Positions 8,940 through 16,444 of a stretch of DNA of 24,757 bases are shown here, piece by piece (the first letter of the stretch is position 1; the number at the start of each line of letters is the position of its first letter). The translations under genes were made by a program, and so were the position numbers. This DNA is from Nitrospirota bacterium (GTDB taxonomy: Bacteria > Nitrospirota > UBA9217), in NCBI GenBank assembly GCA_963790205.1, contig CAWBNQ010000013.1, positions 1-24,757 of the forward strand, in the 5' to 3' direction. The notes under the pieces were generated by a model, which saw only the letters and a list, made by a program, of their open reading frames with translations, did no database searches and was not told where the DNA came from.

Positions 8940-9137
8940 TCATCGCTCTTTTGGATCGGATTCGTTGTCTTCTTTTCCGCAGACTGGTATTGGTATGCAG
9001 TAAAATGGCGAGATGATAACGCAATAGGGGGCTGACCAGGTCGGGGCACCAAGGGATGTCGACCTCCACAGGGGATCAGGAACTTGCAACTCCGAACCGG
9101 GGATTTCGCAACATTGCTTCTCTTCACGTTGTCCCAT
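8940..9137 (-). CDS. Small Cys/Pro-rich hypothetical protein (65 aa)
   Basis: AGAAAGGAGAGAC-ATG RBS at 9137, 37 nt downstream of the receiver gene; MGQREEKQCCEIPG...PYCVIISPFYCIPIPVCGKE. Confidence 0.5.
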   Translation of the reverse strand: MGQREEKQCCEIPGSELQVPDPLWRSTSLGAPTWSAPYCVIISPFYCIPIPVCGKEDNESDPKER

Positions 9138-9174
9138 GTCTCTCCTTTCTTCCCCCTGCCTTTTCGGTGCTCTG

Positions 9175-9582
9175 TTAGCCACGGAGGTCTCCGCCGTCCA
9201 ACATCATGGCGAGCCGATAAGGGACAAACGGTTTTTTGAGAAAATCGTTCGCCCCTGCCTCAAGATACGCCACTCCCCTCTCTTCCATGCACAGGCCGAT
9301 AATAACGGCACACTCGAATCGCTCGCGAAGGCGCCGGATGAGGTCGATGCCGTCAATGCGTGGCGAATCACCGTCCAGAATGATGCAATCGAACGGATCA
9401 ATCATAGAAAACGCTAAGGCTTCCGCGTCGGTTTGACAGAACAGAACCTGTATTCCGTAGGAATCCAGGGCGTACTTGAGCATCCCCCTCAGGTCCTTGT
9501 CGCCCGTGATGATAAGTGCCTTCTGGCACCCTATCCCCGTGCCCTGCTGCAGCAATTCCGCATATGATTGAGTTTTTGGCAT
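9175..9582 (-). CDS. Single-domain response regulator receiver protein
   Basis: FDCIILD (phospho-Asp), IDGIDL, AGANDFLKKPF; the acidic pocket is partly degenerate (IITGD). AAGGAAG RBS. Confidence 0.85.
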   Translation of the reverse strand: MPKTQSYAELLQQGTGIGCQKALIITGDKDLRGMLKYALDSYGIQVLFCQTDAEALAFSMIDPFDCIILDGDSPRIDGIDLIRRLRERFECAVIIGLCMEERGVAYLEAGANDFLKKPFVPYRLAMMLDGGDLRG

Positions 9583-9665
9583 GCGCTTCCTTTCGCGAGA
9601 TAATGATTCTCAATTTTTTACTTCCGATTTTATGATTTAATTTATACATGAAGGAACACGCATAC

Positions 9666-9689
9666 ACAATACCCCCTTCGGGGTATTGT
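9666..9689. promoter_or_regulatory. Perfect 10-bp inverted repeat upstream of the receiver gene; putative operator
   Basis: ACAATACCCC-cttc-GGGGTATTGT. Confidence 0.45.
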
Positions 9690-9811
9690 TCGGGTATATG
9701 CAAAAAAAATAAAGCTGGGTTTTGGTTTTGCGTGCAGTAGATCTGATCGCGGGAGAAAGCAGCGCCGGGGCCCATAACCCAAACAGGCTTGTTACTCGAT
9801 GCTAAACCCTC

Positions 9812-10129
9812 TTATGTGTCTGCCTTGCCGTTCATAGCCACCAAGTTATAATCAGTGAAAACAACGCCTCCGTTGACCAGCTCGGGGGCGTAGATCGACT
9901 CGAAACGTTTTACGGCCGCCGATTCGCCATGGATGGCATGCGCAGCCTCATTCGCAAAAATAAAGACGTGAACAAATCGGGTCGGATCGTCTTTCTGCTG
10001 CCATGCCATATACAGCCGGGTACCGGGTTCGTTTGCCTTAACATAGCCGACAAACTCTTCAATTGCCCGTTTGACCTTATCTATCGCCTGCGAATTTACC
10101 TGATATTGAGCGATTGTGTATATTGCCAT
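9812..10129 (-). CDS. Antibiotic biosynthesis monooxygenase (ABM/YgiN-like) domain protein
   Basis: About 105 aa with NEPGT..Y, DPTRF, AH..H motifs; AAGGAGG RBS before ATG 10129. Confidence 0.85.
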   Translation of the reverse strand: MAIYTIAQYQVNSQAIDKVKRAIEEFVGYVKANEPGTRLYMAWQQKDDPTRFVHVFIFANEAAHAIHGESAAVKRFESIYAPELVNGGVVFTDYNLVAMNGKADT

Positions 10130-10181
10130 GGGGTCCTCCTTTGGATTTGCAACATGTCCCCTCGCTAGCCCCATCGAAGCA

Positions 10182-10224
10182 GGTGCTATCGACAAAAGGA
10201 TAGCACCCTCTCCATTTTTGTCAA
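10182..10224 (-). promoter_or_regulatory. sigma70 promoter for the ABM gene with an overlapping 9-bp inverted repeat
   Basis: Minus strand TTGACA (10224-10219), 16 bp spacer, TATCCT (10202-10197); GGTGCTATC-N8-GATAGCACC at 10182-10207. Confidence 0.5.
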
Positions 10225-10282
10225 GTTTCCGCGCGTATTCGCACTTGCTACTTCACAACGTGGACGTCTACGGCATTATCCC

Positions 10283-10311
10283 TTGACGACCCCACTTAAA
10301 AATAGTATTCT
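10283..10311 (+). promoter_or_regulatory. sigma70 promoter for the 10408 gene
   Basis: TTGACG-17 bp-TATTCT. Confidence 0.55.
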
Positions 10312-10407
10312 CGCATTATCAAAAGAAGTTGCCGCCGAGGTTGTTGCGGGAGACCTCACCGGACGTAGCTCGGCATCCAAGACCCTTTCATCGATGTAAA
10401 AAAACGC

Positions 10408-11112
10408 ATGAACGTAAATCGTTACTTCCTGATCGCAACCCTGTGCCTTGCTTTGACATGTATGCCGGCAAGCATATTTGGCGCAGAGGATATTTCCAGC
10501 CTTCTGGGGGGAAAGGGACCAGAGGCAAAGGAAATAATCGCAAAGCCATCCATATTCCGCGAGTCAAAACTCCTGCACTTGCCGATCAGTCAGAGACAGA
10601 TCGAGTTTCTGATAGACCACCCCAGCGTGGCGCTGGCGCTTGCACATCAGTACACGCCGTACCTGGACAACTACCACGTAGAGGTCCGTCCTGATCACGT
10701 GATCCATATTCAAGACCCTGGTACCTTGGCAGGAGACGCGGAACTTATCGGTGCCCGACCGGGCAGGAGGGTCTACTTTATTGCCGGTTATTTTGACATT
10801 TTTAAGATACGATTCAACGGGCAAATGGTCTTGCTGACAATATATTCCGAACGAAAAGGGAATGCGGTAGTCTCAGTAGACGCGACCACGACCGCCTACA
10901 TCAAAATAGATAGCTCCCTCGGTGGCGCTTTCGCGCGGCTGGCAGATTATCTGTTCCCCAAAAAAGTAGACGAAAGGATCGAGCGGTTTCTCCGTGCAGC
11001 GAAATCTATTTCCGTCGCCGTTCACAAGGAGCCTGCGAAAGCCTACAGTAAGCTTAAGGCCGCGGGAGAGGTCAGCGCTGAGGAACTTAAGGCGTTTGAA
11101 CTTACATTTTAG
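10408..11112 (+). CDS. Exported hypothetical protein
   Basis: 234-aa ORF with an N-terminal signal peptide (IFG|AE); no family recognised. Confidence 0.75.
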   Translation: MNVNRYFLIATLCLALTCMPASIFGAEDISSLLGGKGPEAKEIIAKPSIFRESKLLHLPISQRQIEFLIDHPSVALALAHQYTPYLDNYHVEVRPDHVIHIQDPGTLAGDAELIGARPGRRVYFIAGYFDIFKIRFNGQMVLLTIYSERKGNAVVSVDATTTAYIKIDSSLGGAFARLADYLFPKKVDERIERFLRAAKSISVAVHKEPAKAYSKLKAAGEVSAEELKAFELTF

Positions 11113-11286
11113 CACCGCATATGAACAACAGAACTCATTGGCTCAGGCCGATATAAGGATGGGGCCATTCCCTGCGTTACCCTTCCAACTCGAATAAAAC
11201 TCCTCATGGTTCGGCAGTAAACAATCCTATTGACTTCGTCATCGCTTCCGTTTAATTTATTTAGGATCTTATGTATCAGGAGGAGT

Positions 11287-12114
11287 ATGATGTTGGGAAA
11301 GATACGATTGTTGGTTGCGGCTCTTATACTGGCGCACATAGCTACCGGTTGCGGCGGCGGAGATTCACGCACCTCTCCGACATTGTATGCAATATCGGGG
11401 ACTGTCAGCTCATCCGGCGCGGGATTGCAGGGCGTTGTCGTAAGCTTGGACTCGGGACGGGCGGTCGTAACCGACGCAAGTGGAAACTACACCTTCAAGA
11501 ACATTGCGAACGGCAGCCATACGATAACGCCAGCCAGGCTTGGCTATACTTTTAGCCCGTCCACTTTGACCGTAAAAGTGATGGATGCAGATGTTGAAGG
11601 CATTAATTATGTCGTCACTGCGAATTCTTCGCTCAGCTGTGCCGCCTGGCACGGCAGCGGCACGAATGGGATACAATTCTATAATTACGGCAATATACTT
11701 GTCCAGGACAGCAGCGCTGCTGCGAACGCGGCGACAACTTCTACCTTGACATGGCAAGCACAGTATCAAAATATTTTCAATTACCCGCCTAGTGCTTATT
11801 CCGGATCGCTACGCGCCCGGCTGTGGGCAGTACCTTATTCTGTTTCAAGCGGCGTGTTTAACAATGCATATGTTATCGGCGTATTTTATCCAAGTTTCAC
11901 GGGAAGCGGGGCGGCTAGCTCCAATCAATTATATGTTGATTCCATCAGCACAATCCAGATTACACATTCGTCAAATCATAATCCTCCCGCGGGGGAATAT
12001 TGCATAGCAGCCACACTCGAAGAGTACAACCTCAACACTTCTTACTGTTCCAGTCCGGACCACTATTGCGCGAATGACTGGTGGCAGTCCGGCAACGCGT
12101 GGATATTCTACTAG
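11287..12114 (+). CDS. Lipoprotein with a carboxypeptidase-regulatory-like (prealbumin-fold) domain and a Cys-containing C-terminal beta domain
   Basis: AGGAGGAG RBS; lipobox IATG|C followed by GGGD; YAISGTV...GV.V.L...TDASGNYTF.N..NGS.TITP...GYTF.P motif. Confidence 0.8.
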   Translation: MMLGKIRLLVAALILAHIATGCGGGDSRTSPTLYAISGTVSSSGAGLQGVVVSLDSGRAVVTDASGNYTFKNIANGSHTITPARLGYTFSPSTLTVKVMDADVEGINYVVTANSSLSCAAWHGSGTNGIQFYNYGNILVQDSSAAANAATTSTLTWQAQYQNIFNYPPSAYSGSLRARLWAVPYSVSSGVFNNAYVIGVFYPSFTGSGAASSNQLYVDSISTIQITHSSNHNPPAGEYCIAATLEEYNLNTSYCSSPDHYCANDWWQSGNAWIFY

Positions 12115-12396
12115 ACAGATTCTGGGCCTTTTGTACAGCACCATTCGGTACTTCATTTTAATCAGCTTTGATTTCATCCGCAGTGCGTAGTTGCGTAGGG
12201 CCTCTCGCTATCAGCGCATCCACCATAAGTTGATTTCCCTTCAGGGGAATTCTCTTCGTGCGACATTCTGGTCAATGCTCAGCCACACATCGCAAAGAAA
12301 CTTCCGGGACTAAATACTTTCAATTTTTTTAAAGTATGCTACAATAGACCATGCAGACGAGCGGAGACGATGTCGCCAGCACATCAAGGAGGGTCC

Positions 12397-13239
12397 ATGG
12401 AGCAGGACAACGCACTTTCTAAAAGAGTTGAAGACTTTATGAACGTCTTCAAAAAAGGGGAAGAATTCACGCAGGAGCTTCTTAAGCAAAATGAGATGCT
12501 CAGATTCAAACTCGCCCAACTCGAAAGCGGCGCCAGACAACTCGGCCCCGTGGGCGGAGTGCATCAGAGCGAACTCGCGAAACGTCTTCAGTCCCTGGAG
12601 GACGAGAATAAGGCGCTTCTTGAAAAGTTTCATGTCGTGGAAGAAGAGAACAAGGACTTTGCAAATCGGTACGTGGAGGTCGAGGCAGAGAACAACAACC
12701 TCGCGAACCTTTACGTGGCAAGCTATCAGCTCCATTCCACGCTGGATTTCAACGAGAGCCTCAAGATCATCCTCGAGATCGTGATGAACCTTATCGGCGC
12801 GGAGGAGTTCTCGATCATGATGCTCGATGAAAAAACGAACGAGCTCGCGATCGTCGCGCAGGAGGGCATGGGTCCCGAAGCGCGCGCCGGCATCAGGCTC
12901 GGCGAGGGGATCATCGGCGCATCGGCCGAGTCCGGCGAGCCCTACTACCGGAAGGGCAATCCTTCCGATCTCTCGGGCGTGGACTATGAACATCCGCTCA
13001 TCTGCATACCGCTCAAGATCAAAGAACACGTCATCGGCGTGATTGCGATCTACAAAATGCTTATCCAGAAGCCGGAGCTTACGGCCGTGGATTATGAATT
13101 ATTCTCTATGCTGGGCGGCCACGCGGCCACAGCGGTGTTCTCTTCGCAGCTGTATTCTCATTCCGAACGGAAACTCTCCACGATCCAAAGTTTTCTCGAC
13201 CTGCTGAAGGACAAATCTGGTGCAGAAGGCATTGCCTAG
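12397..13239 (+). CDS. Coiled-coil plus GAF domain sensory protein with no output domain
   Basis: AAGGAGG RBS; heptad-rich N-terminus; LHSTLDF, GEGIIG, ICIPLKIKEHVIGVI, DYELFSMLGGHAATA are GAF features. Confidence 0.88.
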   Translation: MEQDNALSKRVEDFMNVFKKGEEFTQELLKQNEMLRFKLAQLESGARQLGPVGGVHQSELAKRLQSLEDENKALLEKFHVVEEENKDFANRYVEVEAENNNLANLYVASYQLHSTLDFNESLKIILEIVMNLIGAEEFSIMMLDEKTNELAIVAQEGMGPEARAGIRLGEGIIGASAESGEPYYRKGNPSDLSGVDYEHPLICIPLKIKEHVIGVIAIYKMLIQKPELTAVDYELFSMLGGHAATAVFSSQLYSHSERKLSTIQSFLDLLKDKSGAEGIA

Positions 13240-13358
13240 ACGTGCCTTGCAAACTTCGGCGGACGAAAGCACGGCGATACATCCGCGGCGCATCGGATGT
13301 GAACGCAAAAAACCATGCAATCTCTACATCATGCGAAAGGCGATCAAGAGGAGGGAAC

Positions 13359-13733
13359 ATGTTGAAAAAGGTCTTGGTGGTTGATGACTCGGCGCTGATG
13401 CACCAGATGATAAAAATGTCGCTTCAACGGTACAACTGCACTATTTTACAGGCAAAGAACGGCCTGGCTGCCCTGGACCTGCTGGCCCAGCACGCGGATA
13501 TCGATCTGGTATTGCTTGACATCAATATGCCCGTTATGAGCGGGATTGAGGTTCTGAAAAAAGTAAAGGAGTTCGGCAGCTATTCACGCATCCCGATCGT
13601 CATCCAAAGCACGGAAGGCGATGAGGAGGACACAAAACGAGCAATAGCACTGGGGGCTGCTGGATATGTGACCAAACCAATTCAGACCGCTACCCTGCAC
13701 GCGCTGATCGAAAAACTCGTGCCTTCCGCCTAG
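13359..13733 (+). CDS. CheY-like single-domain response regulator
   Basis: VLVVDDS, LVLLDINMPVMSG, QSTEG, YVTKP all intact; GAGGAGGG RBS. Confidence 0.92.
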   Translation: MLKKVLVVDDSALMHQMIKMSLQRYNCTILQAKNGLAALDLLAQHADIDLVLLDINMPVMSGIEVLKKVKEFGSYSRIPIVIQSTEGDEEDTKRAIALGAAGYVTKPIQTATLHALIEKLVPSA

Positions 13734-13944
13734 AAGGACCTTGGAAAAAATATGTTCTCCTCTGACACTTTCTTCCCTATCCTGCAGTTCCTAATCCTTT
13801 ATAATCAGGGTTATCTGCGCATACATGAGAAGCGCTTTTCAGATCTCGTTAATTTCGTGCTATAATTTTATTAAAGAAGTGAGGCGACACCGCAATTTCA
13901 TTCGCACCGGGAACACGGGGGCGGAGCCGCCGAATAGGGACCAT

Positions 13945-14634
13945 ATGGTGAAAGTTATCATTGCTCACAATATGTGCTCCCTGTTGCAGCAGGGAAGCAC
14001 CTTCCTCGGCCGGGCGGATATCAAAGTTTTTCCCGCAGCCTCCAATGAAGAGGTGTTCCGGATCCATAAAGCGGAGCGTGTAAACCTTATCATAACTCAG
14101 ATCGACATGCCCGGCATGAACAGCGAACAGCTGTTCACGATGTTCCGTCAAGATAAAAATCTTCGTTCAGTACCGGTTATCATGGTCTGCACGAACAGCC
14201 CCGGCGAGATAGAGAAGTGCGCGCGCTGCGGGGTCAGCGACGTGATCCTTCGGCCCGTCAATATGCGGCTCCTCCTTGCGCGGGCGCAGCAATTCCTTGC
14301 CCTGTTTACGAGGGAATCCGGCCGCGTGCCCTTGAGCGTGCCGATCGACGCTGTTTGCCTGAACCAGCACTTTTCGTGCCGATCCGTGGATATTGGGGCC
14401 TCGGGCATGAAGATCGAGAGCGAAAGAGTCCTGACGCTGGGCGACCGCATTGTCTGTTCTTTTTCCCTGCATGGCCCCTCACCGATTGCCGCAGAAGCCG
14501 AGATCGTCAATGTCCTGCAGTCACCACGCGGGTCACTGGGAAACCGGTACGGTGTACAATTCAAAAATTTGAGCACGGATGCAAGGCAGGCGCTGCAGGC
14601 GTTCGTCGATCTCGGGTTCCGCACTGCCGCATAG
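13945..14634 (+). CDS. Pseudo-receiver plus PilZ (c-di-GMP-binding) domain protein
   Basis: Receiver fold with IIAHN / LIITQIDMP / ILRP substitutions. PilZ motifs RESGR (RxxxR), DIGASG (D-x-S/G-x-x-G) and YGVQF. TGcTATAAT extended -10 at 13858-13866. Confidence 0.85.
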   Translation: MVKVIIAHNMCSLLQQGSTFLGRADIKVFPAASNEEVFRIHKAERVNLIITQIDMPGMNSEQLFTMFRQDKNLRSVPVIMVCTNSPGEIEKCARCGVSDVILRPVNMRLLLARAQQFLALFTRESGRVPLSVPIDAVCLNQHFSCRSVDIGASGMKIESERVLTLGDRIVCSFSLHGPSPIAAEAEIVNVLQSPRGSLGNRYGVQFKNLSTDARQALQAFVDLGFRTAA

Positions 14635-14863
14635 AGACATCTTCCGTGAGCGCGGGTATCTTGCCCTCCGGCGAACGGATAGACGCTATCCGGCATGTTC
14701 GCCGGAGACGGACAGAACCATTCAGACCGGGGACGCATGGCCTTGCCCCCTTCTCTTCTCAATTCCTCTTTTTTGTACTTTATCCCTTCGGCAAGATAAG
14801 CTATAATTCCGTGTCTCTGGTTCAGGTTCGGCATTTATATCCCCCAGATGAGGAATGACCAAC

Positions 14864-15090
14864 ATGGACATGGCAATAAAGACCAGGTTCATCGAGTCGT
14901 GGAGCCGGCATTTCAACAGCGCTGAGCTCCCCATCGCTTTTTATTTTACCGACCAGGAAGACGCCGCGGAACGATATGCTCAAAAAAGAGGACAAGCCCG
15001 ATGAGCAAGTTCATCCGCATGGTAGATAATATGGAAGAATGTTTTTTGATAACGCGGTCGTGGGATAAGGTAAAAAAGAGGATCAGATAA
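14864..15090 (+). pseudogene. Internally deleted DUF169-like gene remnant
   Basis: 14864-15004 reads MDMAIKTRFIESWSRHFNSAELPIAFYFTD and 15001-15090 reads MSKFIRMVDNMEECFLITRSWDKVKKRIR*. These resemble, from memory, the N- and C-termini of DUF169 proteins with the core missing. Confidence 0.6.
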
Positions 15091-15388
15091 GGGTCGTTGA
15101 GACAGGAGCGAAGGCCATTTGCTGATTTTACTGCCTGCCTGTTTCTTGGCCGCACGGGAACGGCTGTGGTGCACCCGTTATCACAGGAGCAGGGTACGAT
15201 AGCGCGGGGGTCAGATCAAAAGCGGGCACAAGCAGATCGACATGGTTGCATCGTACATCCGCCTGCGCCCGGCAAAATAAATGGCCCCGCGAGTGCGGGG
15301 CGTATCATTCGCAAAACGAAAAAGCGGTTTTCCGCAGCTCTCGTTGAACGGGTTGTTCAGCGAGAATACGAAAGGTCCCGCGTCAGGT

Positions 15389-15661
15389 TTAGGAGTGGCT
15401 ATCCGATGAGGCGGGTGCATGAGACGGTCTTGCCGGAGAGGGCCTTCCCGGTCTTGACCCCGAACCGCCGGACGGCCGAGCGCGCTTCAGAAGCTTCCGT
15501 CTTCTCTTTTCAGCCTCTAGCTGCTTGTTCTTTTTTTTCACCGAAGGCTTTTCGTAGTGACGCCGCTTCTTCAGTTCTCCCATGAGGCCGTCCACCTGAA
15601 GCTTCTTCTTCAGGTCGCGCAGGGCTTTTTCGATGTTCTGGGACTGGACCCTTATCTCCAC
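15389..15661 (-). CDS. rpsU: 30S ribosomal protein bS21 with a Ser/Pro/Gly-rich C-terminal extension
   Basis: IEKALRDLKKK...G...ELKKRRHYEKPSVKKK signature; the GTG start overlaps the end of the RRM gene and has GGGAGG upstream. Confidence 0.92.
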   Translation of the reverse strand: MEIRVQSQNIEKALRDLKKKLQVDGLMGELKKRRHYEKPSVKKKNKQLEAEKRRRKLLKRARPSGGSGSRPGRPSPARPSHAPASSDSHS

Positions 15662-15975
15662 GATCTGCCTCCCCCGCCGCCGTATCCGCCGCGATCACCC
15701 CTGCCGCCTCCGGAACCGGAACGCTCGGTCTTGGGTTTGGCCTCGTTCACCGTGATCGTCCGATCCATGAACGTGGTGCCGTTCAGTGCGGTGATCGCCT
15801 TGGCAGCATCCTCGTCCGTGGCCATCTCCACGAAGCCGAAGCCCTTGGACCTGCCGCTCGTCTGATCGACGATCAGCGTAACAGACACGACTTCTCCGAT
15901 CTTCGAGAATTCCTCCTTCAGATCCAAATCATGGGTGTTGTACGACAAGTTCCCTACATACAATTTCTTCGCCAT
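15652..15975 (-). CDS. RRM (RNP-1) RNA-binding protein with a Gly/Arg-rich tail
   Basis: RNP2 LYVGNL, RNP1 KGFGFVEM, VNEAKP, GGGRGDRGGYGG tail; GAGGAGG RBS. Confidence 0.95.
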   Translation of the reverse strand: MAKKLYVGNLSYNTHDLDLKEEFSKIGEVVSVTLIVDQTSGRSKGFGFVEMATDEDAAKAITALNGTTFMDRTITVNEAKPKTERSGSGGGRGDRGGYGGGGGRSWR

Positions 15976-16158
15976 TATGCCTCCTCTGTAATTTCAAATC
16001 CGCGCGGATGTCCGCAAAACCATATCGTTCGCCAACCGGGTATGCTGTCGCTTTTTACGAAGAAAAGGTGAGAGCAGGAAGAGTCAGTGATCGATGACGA
16101 GGCACGGACCACTCGGTTTAAGAGAGATTGCCCTGCCCCATTGCTAGTTTATATGGTC

Positions 16159-16186
16159 ATTATACCGTATTTTCCGTCAGATGCAA
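16159..16186 (-). promoter_or_regulatory. Promoter for RRM-rpsU, implying a ~175-nt leader
   Basis: Minus strand TTGCAT-16 bp-TATAAT. Confidence 0.5.
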
Positions 16187-16444
16187 GAATTATTCGAGGC
16201 AGGGCCCAAGGAATTTGCCCTTTCTATGCCTATCCGGTCTTCCCTTTTAACCCCTGTTTTTGTGCACCGGCCCTTGGATATCTGGGACCCGATCGCCAAA
16301 AACGAGCGTTTTTTCGAGATCAACGGCACCGTCCTGTCCGTTTCCTTGACATTTATACAGGATAGTGCTGAAATAGAGTAACAGGACTTGACGTAATATG
16401 GCGACTGGGGCACCCTAATGCAACAGGACAATGAGGAGAAGAAC

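Noticed and set aside
9020..9125. tRNA, 6S or other ncRNA in the convergent gap
   Set aside because: No cloverleaf or 6S hallmarks; the region is better explained by the 65-aa minus-strand ORF.
15097..15585. ORFs 15097-15585 (+) and 15211-15420 (-)
   Set aside because: No RBS or motif, they overlap rpsU, and the composition looks non-coding.
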